A stretch of 32,330 nt of DNA, from positions 1 to 32,330 of the IMG/VR virus record IMGVR_UViG_3300005611_000128. The stretch is one strand, 5' to 3'. The DNA comes from a virus (taxonomy: Duplodnaviria > Caudoviricetes). Shown one piece after another: positions 10,080-17,350 of the stretch (position 1 is the first letter of the stretch; every line of letters starts with the position of its first letter). A model generated the notes under the pieces. It saw only the letters and a program-made list of their open reading frames with translations. It was not told where the DNA came from and did not search any database. Position numbers and translations under genes: made by a program.

Positions 10080-11711
10080 CTATTGTACTACATGATTAAA
10101 CTTTGCTAAACGGGACATCTTACGCTGACGACCAGTTGCACGTGCAAAACCATTATCAATATCAAACATTCCCATCTTAAAAGCCGTCGCTCCAGTACGG
10201 ATCATATCCGCTCCATGTGAGTGCTTATCATGAACAGCCGAATCAGTATAACTATTAGTCACACGATTAAACTTCTTCTTGTAATTCCTTAAATTACTTA
10301 CCAACTCCTGACATCTCTCTGAATCAAAAATACACTGCGTCAAATACTCCTTCGTTAACTGAATTCCATCAGCTACCGTCTTACTCCTAGGTACCTGCAC
10401 GATATTATTAATACCCTTACGCCGCAATGCCTCTATCCTCGACTGGAAATAATCAACCATATCTATACGCATCTTCCCATCATGTGGAAAATAATGACTA
10501 CGAACCTTCGGATACTTCGCAAGAACTGCATCCATTACAACCCCAACAGGCACTGACTCCATCTTAATACAATCAATATAACGGTGGTGATCACCATAGG
10601 ACTGACGAATACCTGCAACAAATGCATCAGATCCACCCAAGTCCCAATCCACATCCACCGCATGAGCCTCATTATAAGGAACCTCACGTATCCTCTCCTC
10701 CTCATCTATCCGCTGCATCGAATGTTTATACCAACTACCACTAGCTGCTGCTTTGAACGAACAATAATACTCCTGCTGGATAACCTCAGGATCTACACCC
10801 CTAGCTAACTGCTGCTCTATATACTCCCTAGTGATAATAGGAGAACCATCATTGTAATAAGTACGATCAATGTCCAACAACCATGCACGATTACGAGGAT
10901 CATCCGACTCCAAATCATACATATAATCACGGAAAAACTGATTCTCACCCTTAGGAGTACCAACCCGAAACATAAAACCACCGTTCTGTGCCAACACAGG
11001 TGAAAAAATCTCAGAAACTACATCCTCATCCCACTCACCATACTCATCTGGAACTACACCCATCGGATTATATCCACGCCAATGATTCGCAGTTCCATCC
11101 GATCCCTTAGCACCACCAAGACGATACGTTGACTTATTACTAAACTCCAAAGTCATCTCATGATTGTTCTTCTTAACCCAATACTGCTTAGGAAATATCT
11201 CCATATAAGGTATAGCAGGAATACTCATATCCCTCGTAACACGACCCATACCCGTCCATAACGCTCCTCGACCCTGCACTAATGTCGGAAATATGTGGAG
11301 GTAAAGCCCCGGGTCCGTTAATGCCCTCGGCATAAATACCGTAGCCAATACTCCCACAGACTTACCAGCACGACGATGCAACACCGCTGTACCCTCTAAA
11401 TTACGCTCAAAACCACCATCCTTACCCATCTGGGTAAAATGCTCATAAAATTCATACTGATACAACGTCGGGACAAAATCTCCCCATATATCAAAAACAT
11501 TCTCCTGAACAACCGGCGCATCCTCTGTCGCCTCATACTTCTCTATAATCTCGTCATATTGATTAGGATCATACGTGTTCACATAATTGAACTCGTGGTC
11601 AGGATCCTCCTCCATCTCACGCTTCTGCCTAGCAGATATCTTGGACGCATCTACAAAATTACTGTCATCCCAATATGGGTTAGTCCTTATCTCTGGAGCT
11701 TTCTTCTTCAA
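10080..11711 (-). CDS. terL: Terminase large subunit
   Basis: Walker A 'HRRAGKS', Walker B 'VVPDEY', coupling motif 'GTPKG.N', 'QEYYCSF' and nuclease motifs 'DWDLGGSD' and 'HDKHSHGADMIR'. Confidence 0.93.
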   Translation of the reverse strand: MKKKAPEIRTNPYWDDSNFVDASKISARQKREMEEDPDHEFNYVNTYDPNQYDEIIEKYEATEDAPVVQENVFDIWGDFVPTLYQYEFYEHFTQMGKDGGFERNLEGTAVLHRRAGKSVGVLATVFMPRALTDPGLYLHIFPTLVQGRGALWTGMGRVTRDMSIPAIPYMEIFPKQYWVKKNNHEMTLEFSNKSTYRLGGAKGSDGTANHWRGYNPMGVVPDEYGEWDEDVVSEIFSPVLAQNGGFMFRVGTPKGENQFFRDYMYDLESDDPRNRAWLLDIDRTYYNDGSPIITREYIEQQLARGVDPEVIQQEYYCSFKAAASGSWYKHSMQRIDEEERIREVPYNEAHAVDVDWDLGGSDAFVAGIRQSYGDHHRYIDCIKMESVPVGVVMDAVLAKYPKVRSHYFPHDGKMRIDMVDYFQSRIEALRRKGINNIVQVPRSKTVADGIQLTKEYLTQCIFDSERCQELVSNLRNYKKKFNRVTNSYTDSAVHDKHSHGADMIRTGATAFKMGMFDIDNGFARATGRQRKMSRLAKFNHVVQ

Positions 11712-12069
11712 TTTGTTGGACCTTCTCTATTACTACCCTACCATCCGGTAAAGTCCTCTTATGATGCTGCAATATAATACCTTGCCTACCCTTGTTCTTA
11801 TCCTCAGGGTTCTTCTGCTCTATCTCTAACAACTTAATCGCATGACCCTGCTCCGTCTGCCTTATCTTCGTTACACCCGTTAGAACACGCTCACGCAACT
11901 TCTGATTGTCAATTGGGTTCAATACCCCAACCCACTCAGGATTCTCCTCTAAACGCTGCTGCAAATTAAGCTTGTCCTCCTCCAACTCATCATATAAATC
12001 CAATAGCTTGTCCACTGGACTGAAACCTCGCTCCTCTAATATCTGCTCTACCGATTTAAGCTCACTCAC
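11680..12069 (-). CDS. Probable terminase small subunit
   Basis: 129-aa helical protein directly upstream of and overlapping terL; GTG start. Confidence 0.55.
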   Translation of the reverse strand: MSELKSVEQILEERGFSPVDKLLDLYDELEEDKLNLQQRLEENPEWVGVLNPIDNQKLRERVLTGVTKIRQTEQGHAIKLLEIEQKNPEDKNKGRQGIILQHHKRTLPDGRVVIEKVQQIEEESSRDKD

Positions 12070-12301
12070 GTACCTTCGCTACCTTCTCTATCTCTTGAAC
12101 TAACTTCTTCGTCTCACGGACCTTTGCCTTCATTGCACGAGCCTGCACACCAGGATCCCTACGCTTCTTGAGTTCATTCAAGTACTCCTTGTTACGCTCA
12201 CCGAGTTCTTTGACCTTCTCCTTTAACCAGGCAATGTCACACTTAGACTGCTTTACAACCTTCTCTAGCTCCTCGATACGTAATTCCATTTTAATATCCA
12301 T
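12062..12301 (-). CDS. Hypothetical coiled-coil protein, first gene of the packaging/virion operon
   Basis: 79 aa; extended -10 TGaTATTAT ends 6 nt before the ATG. Confidence 0.6.
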   Translation of the reverse strand: MDIKMELRIEELEKVVKQSKCDIAWLKEKVKELGERNKEYLNELKKRRDPGVQARAMKAKVRETKKLVQEIEKVAKVRE

Positions 12302-12307
12302 AGCTTT

Positions 12308-12316
12308 ATAATATCA
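12308..12316 (-). promoter_or_regulatory. Extended -10 promoter (leaderless) for the late operon
   Basis: Minus strand reads TG-a-TATTAT-aaagct-ATG. Confidence 0.5.
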
Positions 12317-12415
12317 CAAGTTTCTATTTAGAGTGTATTGACTAATTAAGTTTTATTGATTTTTTTAAAAAATTGTAGGCGCCCATCCAATAGAGAAAAT
12401 TTTTTTTGCGCAATT

Positions 12416-12429
12416 CCCCCCTAGGGGGG
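12416..12429. repeat. Perfect 14-bp palindrome CCCCCCTAGGGGGG; candidate genome terminus/packaging site
   Basis: GC palindrome in the AT-rich divergent region upstream of the terminase genes, next to a T-tract and TTGCGCAA. Confidence 0.45.
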
Positions 12430-12739
12430 TCTAAAAATGAAGTCAAAATTTGCAGGAACAACTTAAATAACATGGCTAAATACAATAAACTTGATACATT
12501 TATCTAGGTTATGGCGTGGTTGAGCCATTCTAATTCAAGATAAGTATAAATTATCTTAATCGCCTAGTATATTGACCGTGTTGATACCAATGATTAATAC
12601 ATACATTATAGACACGTGTTCCCTTATGGATGGGCATGCATCAACACTAGATAATACTAGGGTTATCCCTTACAATATATTACCACCAGGTATCTATCCA
12701 ACATAACACCCCTTCCAGGATCGATTCTAAGCGATTTAA

Positions 12740-12768
12740 TTGACGTGATCCATACTTAACCCTATACT
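12740..12768 (+). promoter_or_regulatory. Sigma70-type promoter giving a leaderless ruvC mRNA
   Basis: TTGACG-17 nt-TATACT-6 nt-ATG, with no SD sequence. Confidence 0.65.
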
Positions 12769-12774
12769 AAATAC

Positions 12775-13233
12775 ATGCTATTAAGCCTAGATTTATCACT
12801 TAATGAGACTGGTTATTGTGTAGATACCAGTCAATCGATAGCTAGCGGTATATTGAAGCCACCTAAGAATTTAACCCAGTATGAGAAGATCGAGTATAAC
12901 TTAACTAAGATCTTGGAGTTAGTAGAGGCTAATAATATAAAGCTAGTAGGTATTGAAGCGGCGGCTTATGGAATGAAGTCATCTAGTATGAACATCCTAG
13001 CAGAGCAGCAAGGCGTTATAAAGCACGAATTACGCAAGCGTGGTGTATCGGTCACTGAAGTCGCTATCAGTTCAATTAAGAAGTATATAACGGGCAAGGG
13101 TAATGCTAAAAAAGTTCAGGTAATCCAATCCTTGCGTGATAAGTACAATATCCTAGCTACTAATCATAATGAGTGCGACGCTATAGCTTTACACCTATAC
13201 TTAAAGTCCCAGGAATCAGTAATAACTATCTGA
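12775..13233 (+). CDS. ruvC: Holliday junction resolvase, RuvC family
   Basis: 'LSLDLSLNETGY', 'VGIE', 'IKKYITGKGNAKK.QV' and 'NECDAIAL' catalytic motifs. Confidence 0.9.
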   Translation: MLLSLDLSLNETGYCVDTSQSIASGILKPPKNLTQYEKIEYNLTKILELVEANNIKLVGIEAAAYGMKSSSMNILAEQQGVIKHELRKRGVSVTEVAISSIKKYITGKGNAKKVQVIQSLRDKYNILATNHNECDAIALHLYLKSQESVITI

Positions 13234-13257
13234 ATTATAAAGAAATAATTAATTAAA

Positions 13258-13297
13258 TAGTTTTTAACTAGATCTTAGTTAATATATGCTAAGATCT
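13258..13297 (+). promoter_or_regulatory. Early promoter (TGcTAAGAT) with overlapping inverted repeats
   Basis: Inverted repeats AGATCTTAG-N10-CTAAGATCT and TTAACTA-N5-TAGTTAA. The 13-mer TAGTTTTTAACTA is shared with 24951. Confidence 0.5.
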
Positions 13298-13353
13298 GGG
13301 TATAGATTAAATACAAGGTTAATCAAGCGATTAATCAACCGGAGAAAAAAGAC

Positions 13354-13533
13354 ATGACAAACGCAAAAGAATTCATCACTAGAGTAATGACCCAGGTAGT
13401 AAACACAAGACCAGACATCGACGCTCAAACATTCTGGGACAATCACAAGGGACTAATGAGCGAAGCTATCCAATACTACGGGGACAATGTAGCAGAGGTA
13501 GCGGGACACATGATAGAGGTGGCTGGGTACTAA
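13354..13533 (+). CDS. Small early protein (59 aa)
   Basis: Not in the track. GGAG RBS; MTNAKEFITRVMTQVVNTRPDID...IEVAGY*. Confidence 0.7.
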   Translation: MTNAKEFITRVMTQVVNTRPDIDAQTFWDNHKGLMSEAIQYYGDNVAEVAGHMIEVAGY

Positions 13534-13539
13534 ACCCAG

Positions 13540-13612
13540 CTAAGCTCTAACCCTGGGCACTAGAGATAGTGCCTAGTCTAGAGCCTAGCGAGAGACTAGG
13601 TAACAATAGGAG
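13540..13612 (+). promoter_or_regulatory. Structured intergenic element, copy 1
   Basis: GCTCTA..CTGGGCACTA-GAGA-TAGTGCCTAG..TAGAGC hairpin, then CCTAGC-GAGA-GACTAGG, then TAACAATAGGAG. Confidence 0.6.
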
Positions 13613-13620
13613 ATAAAGGC

Positions 13621-13980
13621 ATGACAAAAGAAGAACTACTAAAGAAAATTCAATATTATAAGATCAAGGTAGATAAGTCAACTAAAGAGTTTATCAAGAC
13701 TAGACTTGTCGAGATATCTCATAGAGTCGATGATAACGGCTATTTTATTTATAACTTAAAAGAACTTACGCCGTATGGCAAAAGGGCTTATCAAGGGTCT
13801 AAAGTATTCTACGCTTATAAAGCGGTAATAGAAGCTATTACAAGCGCAAAAGAGCGGGGCAATGAATTAAGAGCAGAAGCTAGAGATATGAAAGCAAATC
13901 CAGGTGCTTATGCTTCAGACGAGGACTTAATGCAAATATTCAATACATTAGGTAAGACAACATTAGCAAAACAAGCCTAA
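13621..13980 (+). CDS. Hypothetical early protein
   Basis: 119 aa with AGGAG RBS. Confidence 0.7.
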   Translation: MTKEELLKKIQYYKIKVDKSTKEFIKTRLVEISHRVDDNGYFIYNLKELTPYGKRAYQGSKVFYAYKAVIEAITSAKERGNELRAEARDMKANPGAYASDEDLMQIFNTLGKTTLAKQA

Positions 13981-14044
13981 GCTCATACTATGGGCTCTAC
14001 CAAGAGCCTATACATGAGCCTAGCAAGTGACTAAGTAACAGGAG
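13977..14044 (+). promoter_or_regulatory. Structured intergenic element, copy 2
   Basis: GCTCAT..TATGGGCTCT-ACCA-AGAGCCTATA..ATGAGC-CTAGCAAGTGACTAAG-TAACAGGAG; covaries with copy 1. Confidence 0.6.
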
Positions 14045-14052
14045 TAAATACA

Positions 14053-14532
14053 ATGACAAGAATATATCACGGGACCAATCACCCAGTAATAGAACCAAAT
14101 CCAGCTTATGATTATAACCGTATTGCTAACGGGCTAGGGTTCTACTGGACTACTAGCAAAGATGAAGCTTTAAGTTATGGCAAGAATTTATTTGAGCGCG
14201 AGGTAGCTGGTTATAATCTTATCTACAGTTCAATATTTAAAGACCCAGCTAGTAAAGCTACCGTTAGTAATTGGATTAAGCAAGCGCAAGAAGTTAATCC
14301 TGAACGCGTTATAACAGCCGCAAGCAATTTTGCCGAAGATTTTAATCAAGGCATTAATCTTTTGATTAAAGCAGTACATAGCGAGACAACTAAGCAGGAC
14401 CAATGGCTTGCATTCCAAAGTGAATTAATGTTGAGAGATACTAAAGCATGGAATGACATCGCCCAGGCAATAGGGATTGACGGAATAGTAATAGAACAAG
14501 AGCACGCAACACACTACGTGCTGTATAGGTAG
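14053..14532 (+). CDS. ADP-ribosyltransferase-fold protein (ART-PolyVal/DUF3990-like)
   Basis: 'IYHGT', 'GLGFYWTTSKDEALSYG' and 'GIDGIVI...HYVLY' motifs. Confidence 0.7.
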   Translation: MTRIYHGTNHPVIEPNPAYDYNRIANGLGFYWTTSKDEALSYGKNLFEREVAGYNLIYSSIFKDPASKATVSNWIKQAQEVNPERVITAASNFAEDFNQGINLLIKAVHSETTKQDQWLAFQSELMLRDTKAWNDIAQAIGIDGIVIEQEHATHYVLYR

Positions 14533-14538
14533 CAGGTT

Positions 14539-14579
14539 ATCCCGTTAGGTTTTATGTCTTGGCATAGCGGGTATTTTTT
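14539..14579 (+). terminator. Possible intrinsic terminator
   Basis: CCCGTTA...TAGCGGG stem followed by TATTTTTT. Confidence 0.35.
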
Positions 14580-14601
14580 AAGGCATGTAGGAGCAAGCAA
14601 A

Positions 14602-14805
14602 GTGAGACTAACAGATACACAAATCAGGGGACTAGCAGATATAGCATCACAGCATGGGCTCTCTTGGTTCATTAGAGGCGGTTTTAACATCATTGTGGAC
14701 CGTAACACCAAAAATGGATTAAGAGCTCCCAGATCGACCCATAAGGTCAATTCTACGCGTGAGCTATACGAGTTCATAGCATTAGGAGATATAAAGCATG
14801 ATTAA
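14602..14805 (+). CDS. Hypothetical protein (67 aa)
   Basis: GTG at 14602 follows AGGAG and is in frame with track ORF 14554..14805. Confidence 0.6.
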   Translation: MRLTDTQIRGLADIASQHGLSWFIRGGFNIIVDRNTKNGLRAPRSTHKVNSTRELYEFIALGDIKHD

Positions 14806-15007
14806 CAAGGGACCGATAAATAAATTAGATAAGATCAGAGAATTATTAGATTGCTCGATGGAATACAGGGAATGCAAGCACCAGATATTAATATCAGCGT
14901 TAAAAGAACTAATACGTATTATCGAGACAGAGGGACCGGGGTCTAGCCGGGATAGGCGTAAAGCGTGGCGTAAGGCAATAGATTTTATAGCCAATGACAT
15001 GATTTAG
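14798..15007 (+). CDS. Hypothetical protein
   Basis: 69 aa with AGGAG RBS; overlaps the upstream stop. Confidence 0.6.
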   Translation: MINKGPINKLDKIRELLDCSMEYRECKHQILISALKELIRIIETEGPGSSRDRRKAWRKAIDFIANDMI

Positions 15008-15038
15008 TCAAGAAAAATAATAACAAGGAAAACAAGCA

Positions 15039-15317
15039 ATGAAAAAACAAGTAATAACATTAATAGCGATAAGTGTATTTGGTCCAAGTCTATTAGGTCC
15101 ATCTACGTTAGGTGAATCAACAAGTACAAATACTAGTAATACTGGCAGATTAGTAAACATATATAATTCAGGGTCAACGAATACGCTAGGGAATATTTAC
15201 CGTGACCCAGGTAGTGATACTTATTCAGGTATTATCCAAAATTATGGGACTAATGAGAGTTATAACGTACAGACAGATATTTCTGGTAATACTAATGTAT
15301 TCCGTGTGGGATTTTAG
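15039..15317 (+). CDS. Small exported/membrane-anchored Ser/Thr/Asn-rich protein
   Basis: MKKQVITLIAISVFGPSLLG signal-like N-terminus; AAGGA RBS. Confidence 0.6.
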   Translation: MKKQVITLIAISVFGPSLLGPSTLGESTSTNTSNTGRLVNIYNSGSTNTLGNIYRDPGSDTYSGIIQNYGTNESYNVQTDISGNTNVFRVGF

Positions 15318-15387
15318 TCCTAATGGGTGGACATGGCGCAAAAATTCTGAGTAAAAGATTTCAGATCAGAAAAAAAGGAGAAATGAT

Positions 15388-15750
15388 ATGAAAAGAGAGA
15401 TAATAGTAATGGCAGTAATAGCGATAGGTGGTATTAAGGGAGCGCCAGCTAAGGCTAATATATTGGCAATTAATGAGATGAAGCAGGAATTAAGTAGTTT
15501 GACTGAGAAGTATTCAGATGCGAAGGTTAATTTAGCGAGGGCTAAGTCAGAGTATAAGAACTTGAAGAGTGCTCAGAAGGATTTAATCAAGTCGATTAAG
15601 TTAGCTGTCAAATCAGACGAGAGTAAGAAGCGAGCAGAGCAGGCATCAATCGAATCAGTTGGTTACAGCCATAAGCGCAACCCTTACCTTGCAGATATGA
15701 GCCATGCAGTAGGTCAGGCGAGTTTAACTGATAAGAGTTTGCAGTATTAG
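15388..15750 (+). CDS. Exported coiled-coil protein
   Basis: MKREIIVMAVIAIGGIKGAPAKA signal-like N-terminus ending in AxA, then a heptad-rich helix; AAGGAG RBS. Confidence 0.65.
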   Translation: MKREIIVMAVIAIGGIKGAPAKANILAINEMKQELSSLTEKYSDAKVNLARAKSEYKNLKSAQKDLIKSIKLAVKSDESKKRAEQASIESVGYSHKRNPYLADMSHAVGQASLTDKSLQY

Positions 15751-15754
15751 GTAA

Positions 15755-15834
15755 CTAGTCTGCGATCTGGGTTCTTCTCTATTAATTCAGGTGAGTTAAT
15801 AGAATCCCCTAGAAGAGCCCAGGACGAAGCCTAG
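15755..15834 (+). promoter_or_regulatory. Long bulged intergenic hairpin (related element, copy 3)
   Basis: CTGGGTTCTTCT/AGAAGAGCCCAG and CTATTAATTC-AGGT-GAGTTAATAG stems; ends in AGCCTAG just before the RBS, like copies 1 and 2. Confidence 0.55.
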
Positions 15835-15850
15835 AGCAAAAGGAGAAAAA

Positions 15851-16261
15851 ATGATAAAGACAATAGAAGAGTTAAAACAAGCAATGGAAGATTGTCCAAG
15901 GTGTGGATCTTTGGGAAGTATCGACCATATATCTGAACCACAAATAATTAAATTACTAAACAATGGTCTCACCAATAGAGGGTGTTGCGCTATAAGTCAT
16001 ATTAACGACAATTTTAAAGCGGTAAGTATATTTAACGGTTATAAAGAAATGAGCAAAACGAAGTGGGAGATCCAAAATAGATTGCGCTTCATTGGCAGAG
16101 TTATTGGTAATGCTATCCGCGACAGGGAGCATGAACTTATTTATTCAAAAGACCAAGAATATTCTGACGAGGATATATATTCATCAGGCTTAAGCCTATT
16201 GTCCCGCATAGAGGAAAATCTGTTATTTTGTCACGAAATAATAGCAGAGTTATCGGAATAA
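15851..16261 (+). CDS. Hypothetical protein, possible Zn-binding (CPRC, CC..H)
   Basis: 136 aa with AAGGAG RBS. Confidence 0.65.
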   Translation: MIKTIEELKQAMEDCPRCGSLGSIDHISEPQIIKLLNNGLTNRGCCAISHINDNFKAVSIFNGYKEMSKTKWEIQNRLRFIGRVIGNAIRDREHELIYSKDQEYSDEDIYSSGLSLLSRIEENLLFCHEIIAELSE

Positions 16262-16276
16262 AAAGGAGAGAAAAAA

Positions 16277-16410
16277 TGAACGAATTAATATGTAGTACGG
16301 AGCAGTTATTAAAGCAGTTGACTTACTTATGCGAGACACCAACGGTCCATGCAGTAAGTATTGCTTTAATAATCTGGGTTACAATGTGGGTAGACAGAAA
16401 CAGAAGTTAA
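16277..16410 (+). CDS. Small membrane protein
   Basis: ATG after AAGGAG; MNELICSTEQ... with a C-terminal hydrophobic helix. Confidence 0.5.
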
Positions 16411-16425
16411 AGGAAATATAAACCA

Positions 16426-16704
16426 ATGGCTAATGATGATAAAGACAATAATAACTATGCAATAGATACATATTCAATGCAAAAGTTATATGATTTACAG
16501 GACAATTTTTTACCGAACAAGAAAGACCAGTATCAGATCCTATGGTTTATCCGAGAACATCTATTTTCCCTGGTCAAGACGCTCACTATAGAGGACTTTA
16601 GGGAGTTAAAGGCATATGAGTCTAGCTCTCTGGTTTTAAAGTGCTGTGATAAGATCACGAACCTACAGTTGGATAAAATCAATAAAAAAAATAAAGGGGA
16701 GTAA
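16426..16704 (+). CDS. Hypothetical protein
   Basis: 92 aa with AAGGA RBS. Confidence 0.6.
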   Translation: MANDDKDNNNYAIDTYSMQKLYDLQDNFLPNKKDQYQILWFIREHLFSLVKTLTIEDFRELKAYESSSLVLKCCDKITNLQLDKINKKNKGE

Positions 16705-16720
16705 TACTCCTCTTTTTTTT
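16684..16720. terminator. Bidirectional intrinsic terminator
   Basis: A-tract, GGGGAGT-AAT-ACTCCTC hairpin, then T8. Confidence 0.7.
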
Positions 16721-16760
16721 ATCGTGTTCCTGAGATCAGGAAGATGATGGCTATTATGCT

Positions 16761-16820
16761 GCAGCCGTTCGGTGGGACCGGCACCCCGTGTGCCGCATGC
16801 CCGCCGGCGAAGCAGGCTGC
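16761..16820 (+). other. Three-way-junction element A (candidate ssDNA priming/origin signal)
   Basis: GCAGCC-GTT-CGGTGGG...CCCGCCG-GCGAAGC-A-GGCTGC. Confidence 0.6.
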
Positions 16821-16866
16821 CAGTTATATAATTTGATTAACCTTGGAGTATACAGGTCTTATTGAG

Positions 16867-16895
16867 AGCATATTTTAATAATTAGAATTTGTCAA
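16867..16895 (-). promoter_or_regulatory. Leftward sigma70-type promoter with no downstream ORF
   Basis: TTGACA-17 nt-TATGCT on the minus strand. Confidence 0.6.
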
Positions 16896-16952
16896 AAAAA
16901 AATTATTTTGAGGGTATATATTATATAATATATCATCACTGGTAGTTCGCTA

Positions 16953-17009
16953 CTGGGCTGCTTCGCCGAGACGGATGAGGATCTTCGACCTCACCGCTCG
17001 AACGCCCAG
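16953..17009 (-). other. Three-way-junction element B (inverted structural twin of A)
   Basis: Minus strand reads CTGGGC-GTT-CGAGCGGTGAGG-TCGAAGA-TCCTCATCCGTCTCG-GCGAAGC-A-GCCCAG. Confidence 0.6.
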
Positions 17010-17061
17010 ACAACCAGGTGAAATAGCAGTTCTTTCTGTAGCGTTCATTGTATATATAATA

Positions 17062-17090
17062 TATATAGCAATTTTTCTTTTTTTTGTCAA
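17062..17090 (-). promoter_or_regulatory. Possible second leftward promoter
   Basis: TTGACA-17 nt (ending TGc)-TATATA on the minus strand; the -10 is imperfect. Confidence 0.4.
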
Positions 17091-17166
17091 TATGTATGAC
17101 ATCAATCTTAATATTCTTTTTGTAGATATCTTTTCTTTAAAGAATTATTAAGGTATAGTATATTTC

Positions 17167-17194
17167 TTGACGTTCTATATATATCTGCTATAGT
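17167..17194 (+). promoter_or_regulatory. Promoter for the leaderless Arc-like repressor/helicase operon
   Basis: TTGACG-16 nt (ending TGc)-TATAGT-6 nt-ATG. Confidence 0.65.
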
Positions 17195-17200
17195 TTTGAT

Positions 17201-17350
17201 ATGGAAACAGTTCAGTTAAATATTAGTAATTTGCCTGTTGAATTGAGAGATTCGCTAAGGGCAATAGCAGAGGTAGAGAAGAGAAGTATGCAAGCGCAGA
17301 TCGTCTACATGTTAGAAGGGGCTGTAAAGGAGTACAATGCTGCAAAGTGA
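17201..17350 (+). CDS. Arc/ribbon-helix-helix DNA-binding protein (49 aa)
   Basis: Not in the track. METVQLNISNLPVELRDSLRAIAEVEKRSMQAQIVYMLEGAVKEYNAAK fits the Arc pattern (strand-LP.EL...L...A....RS....I...L). Confidence 0.8.
   Translation: METVQLNISNLPVELRDSLRAIAEVEKRSMQAQIVYMLEGAVKEYNAAK

Noticed and set aside
4185-12103. Plus-strand ORFs inside virion genes (4185, 5951, 7336, 10584, 11439, 11906)
   Set aside because: Antisense shadows without RBS or recognisable motifs.
15746-15834. Hammerhead ribozyme-like layout (TAGGTA-ACTAGT-CTGCGA-stem-CGAAGCCTA)
   Set aside because: The core deviates from the required CUGANGA and GAAA; it is better explained as a long bulged hairpin. A self-cleavage assay would settle it.
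16761-17009. tRNA or tRNA-like genes suggested by GTTCG in GC-rich stems
   Set aside because: No cloverleaf, D-arm, anticodon arm or CCA; GTT forms a junction instead.
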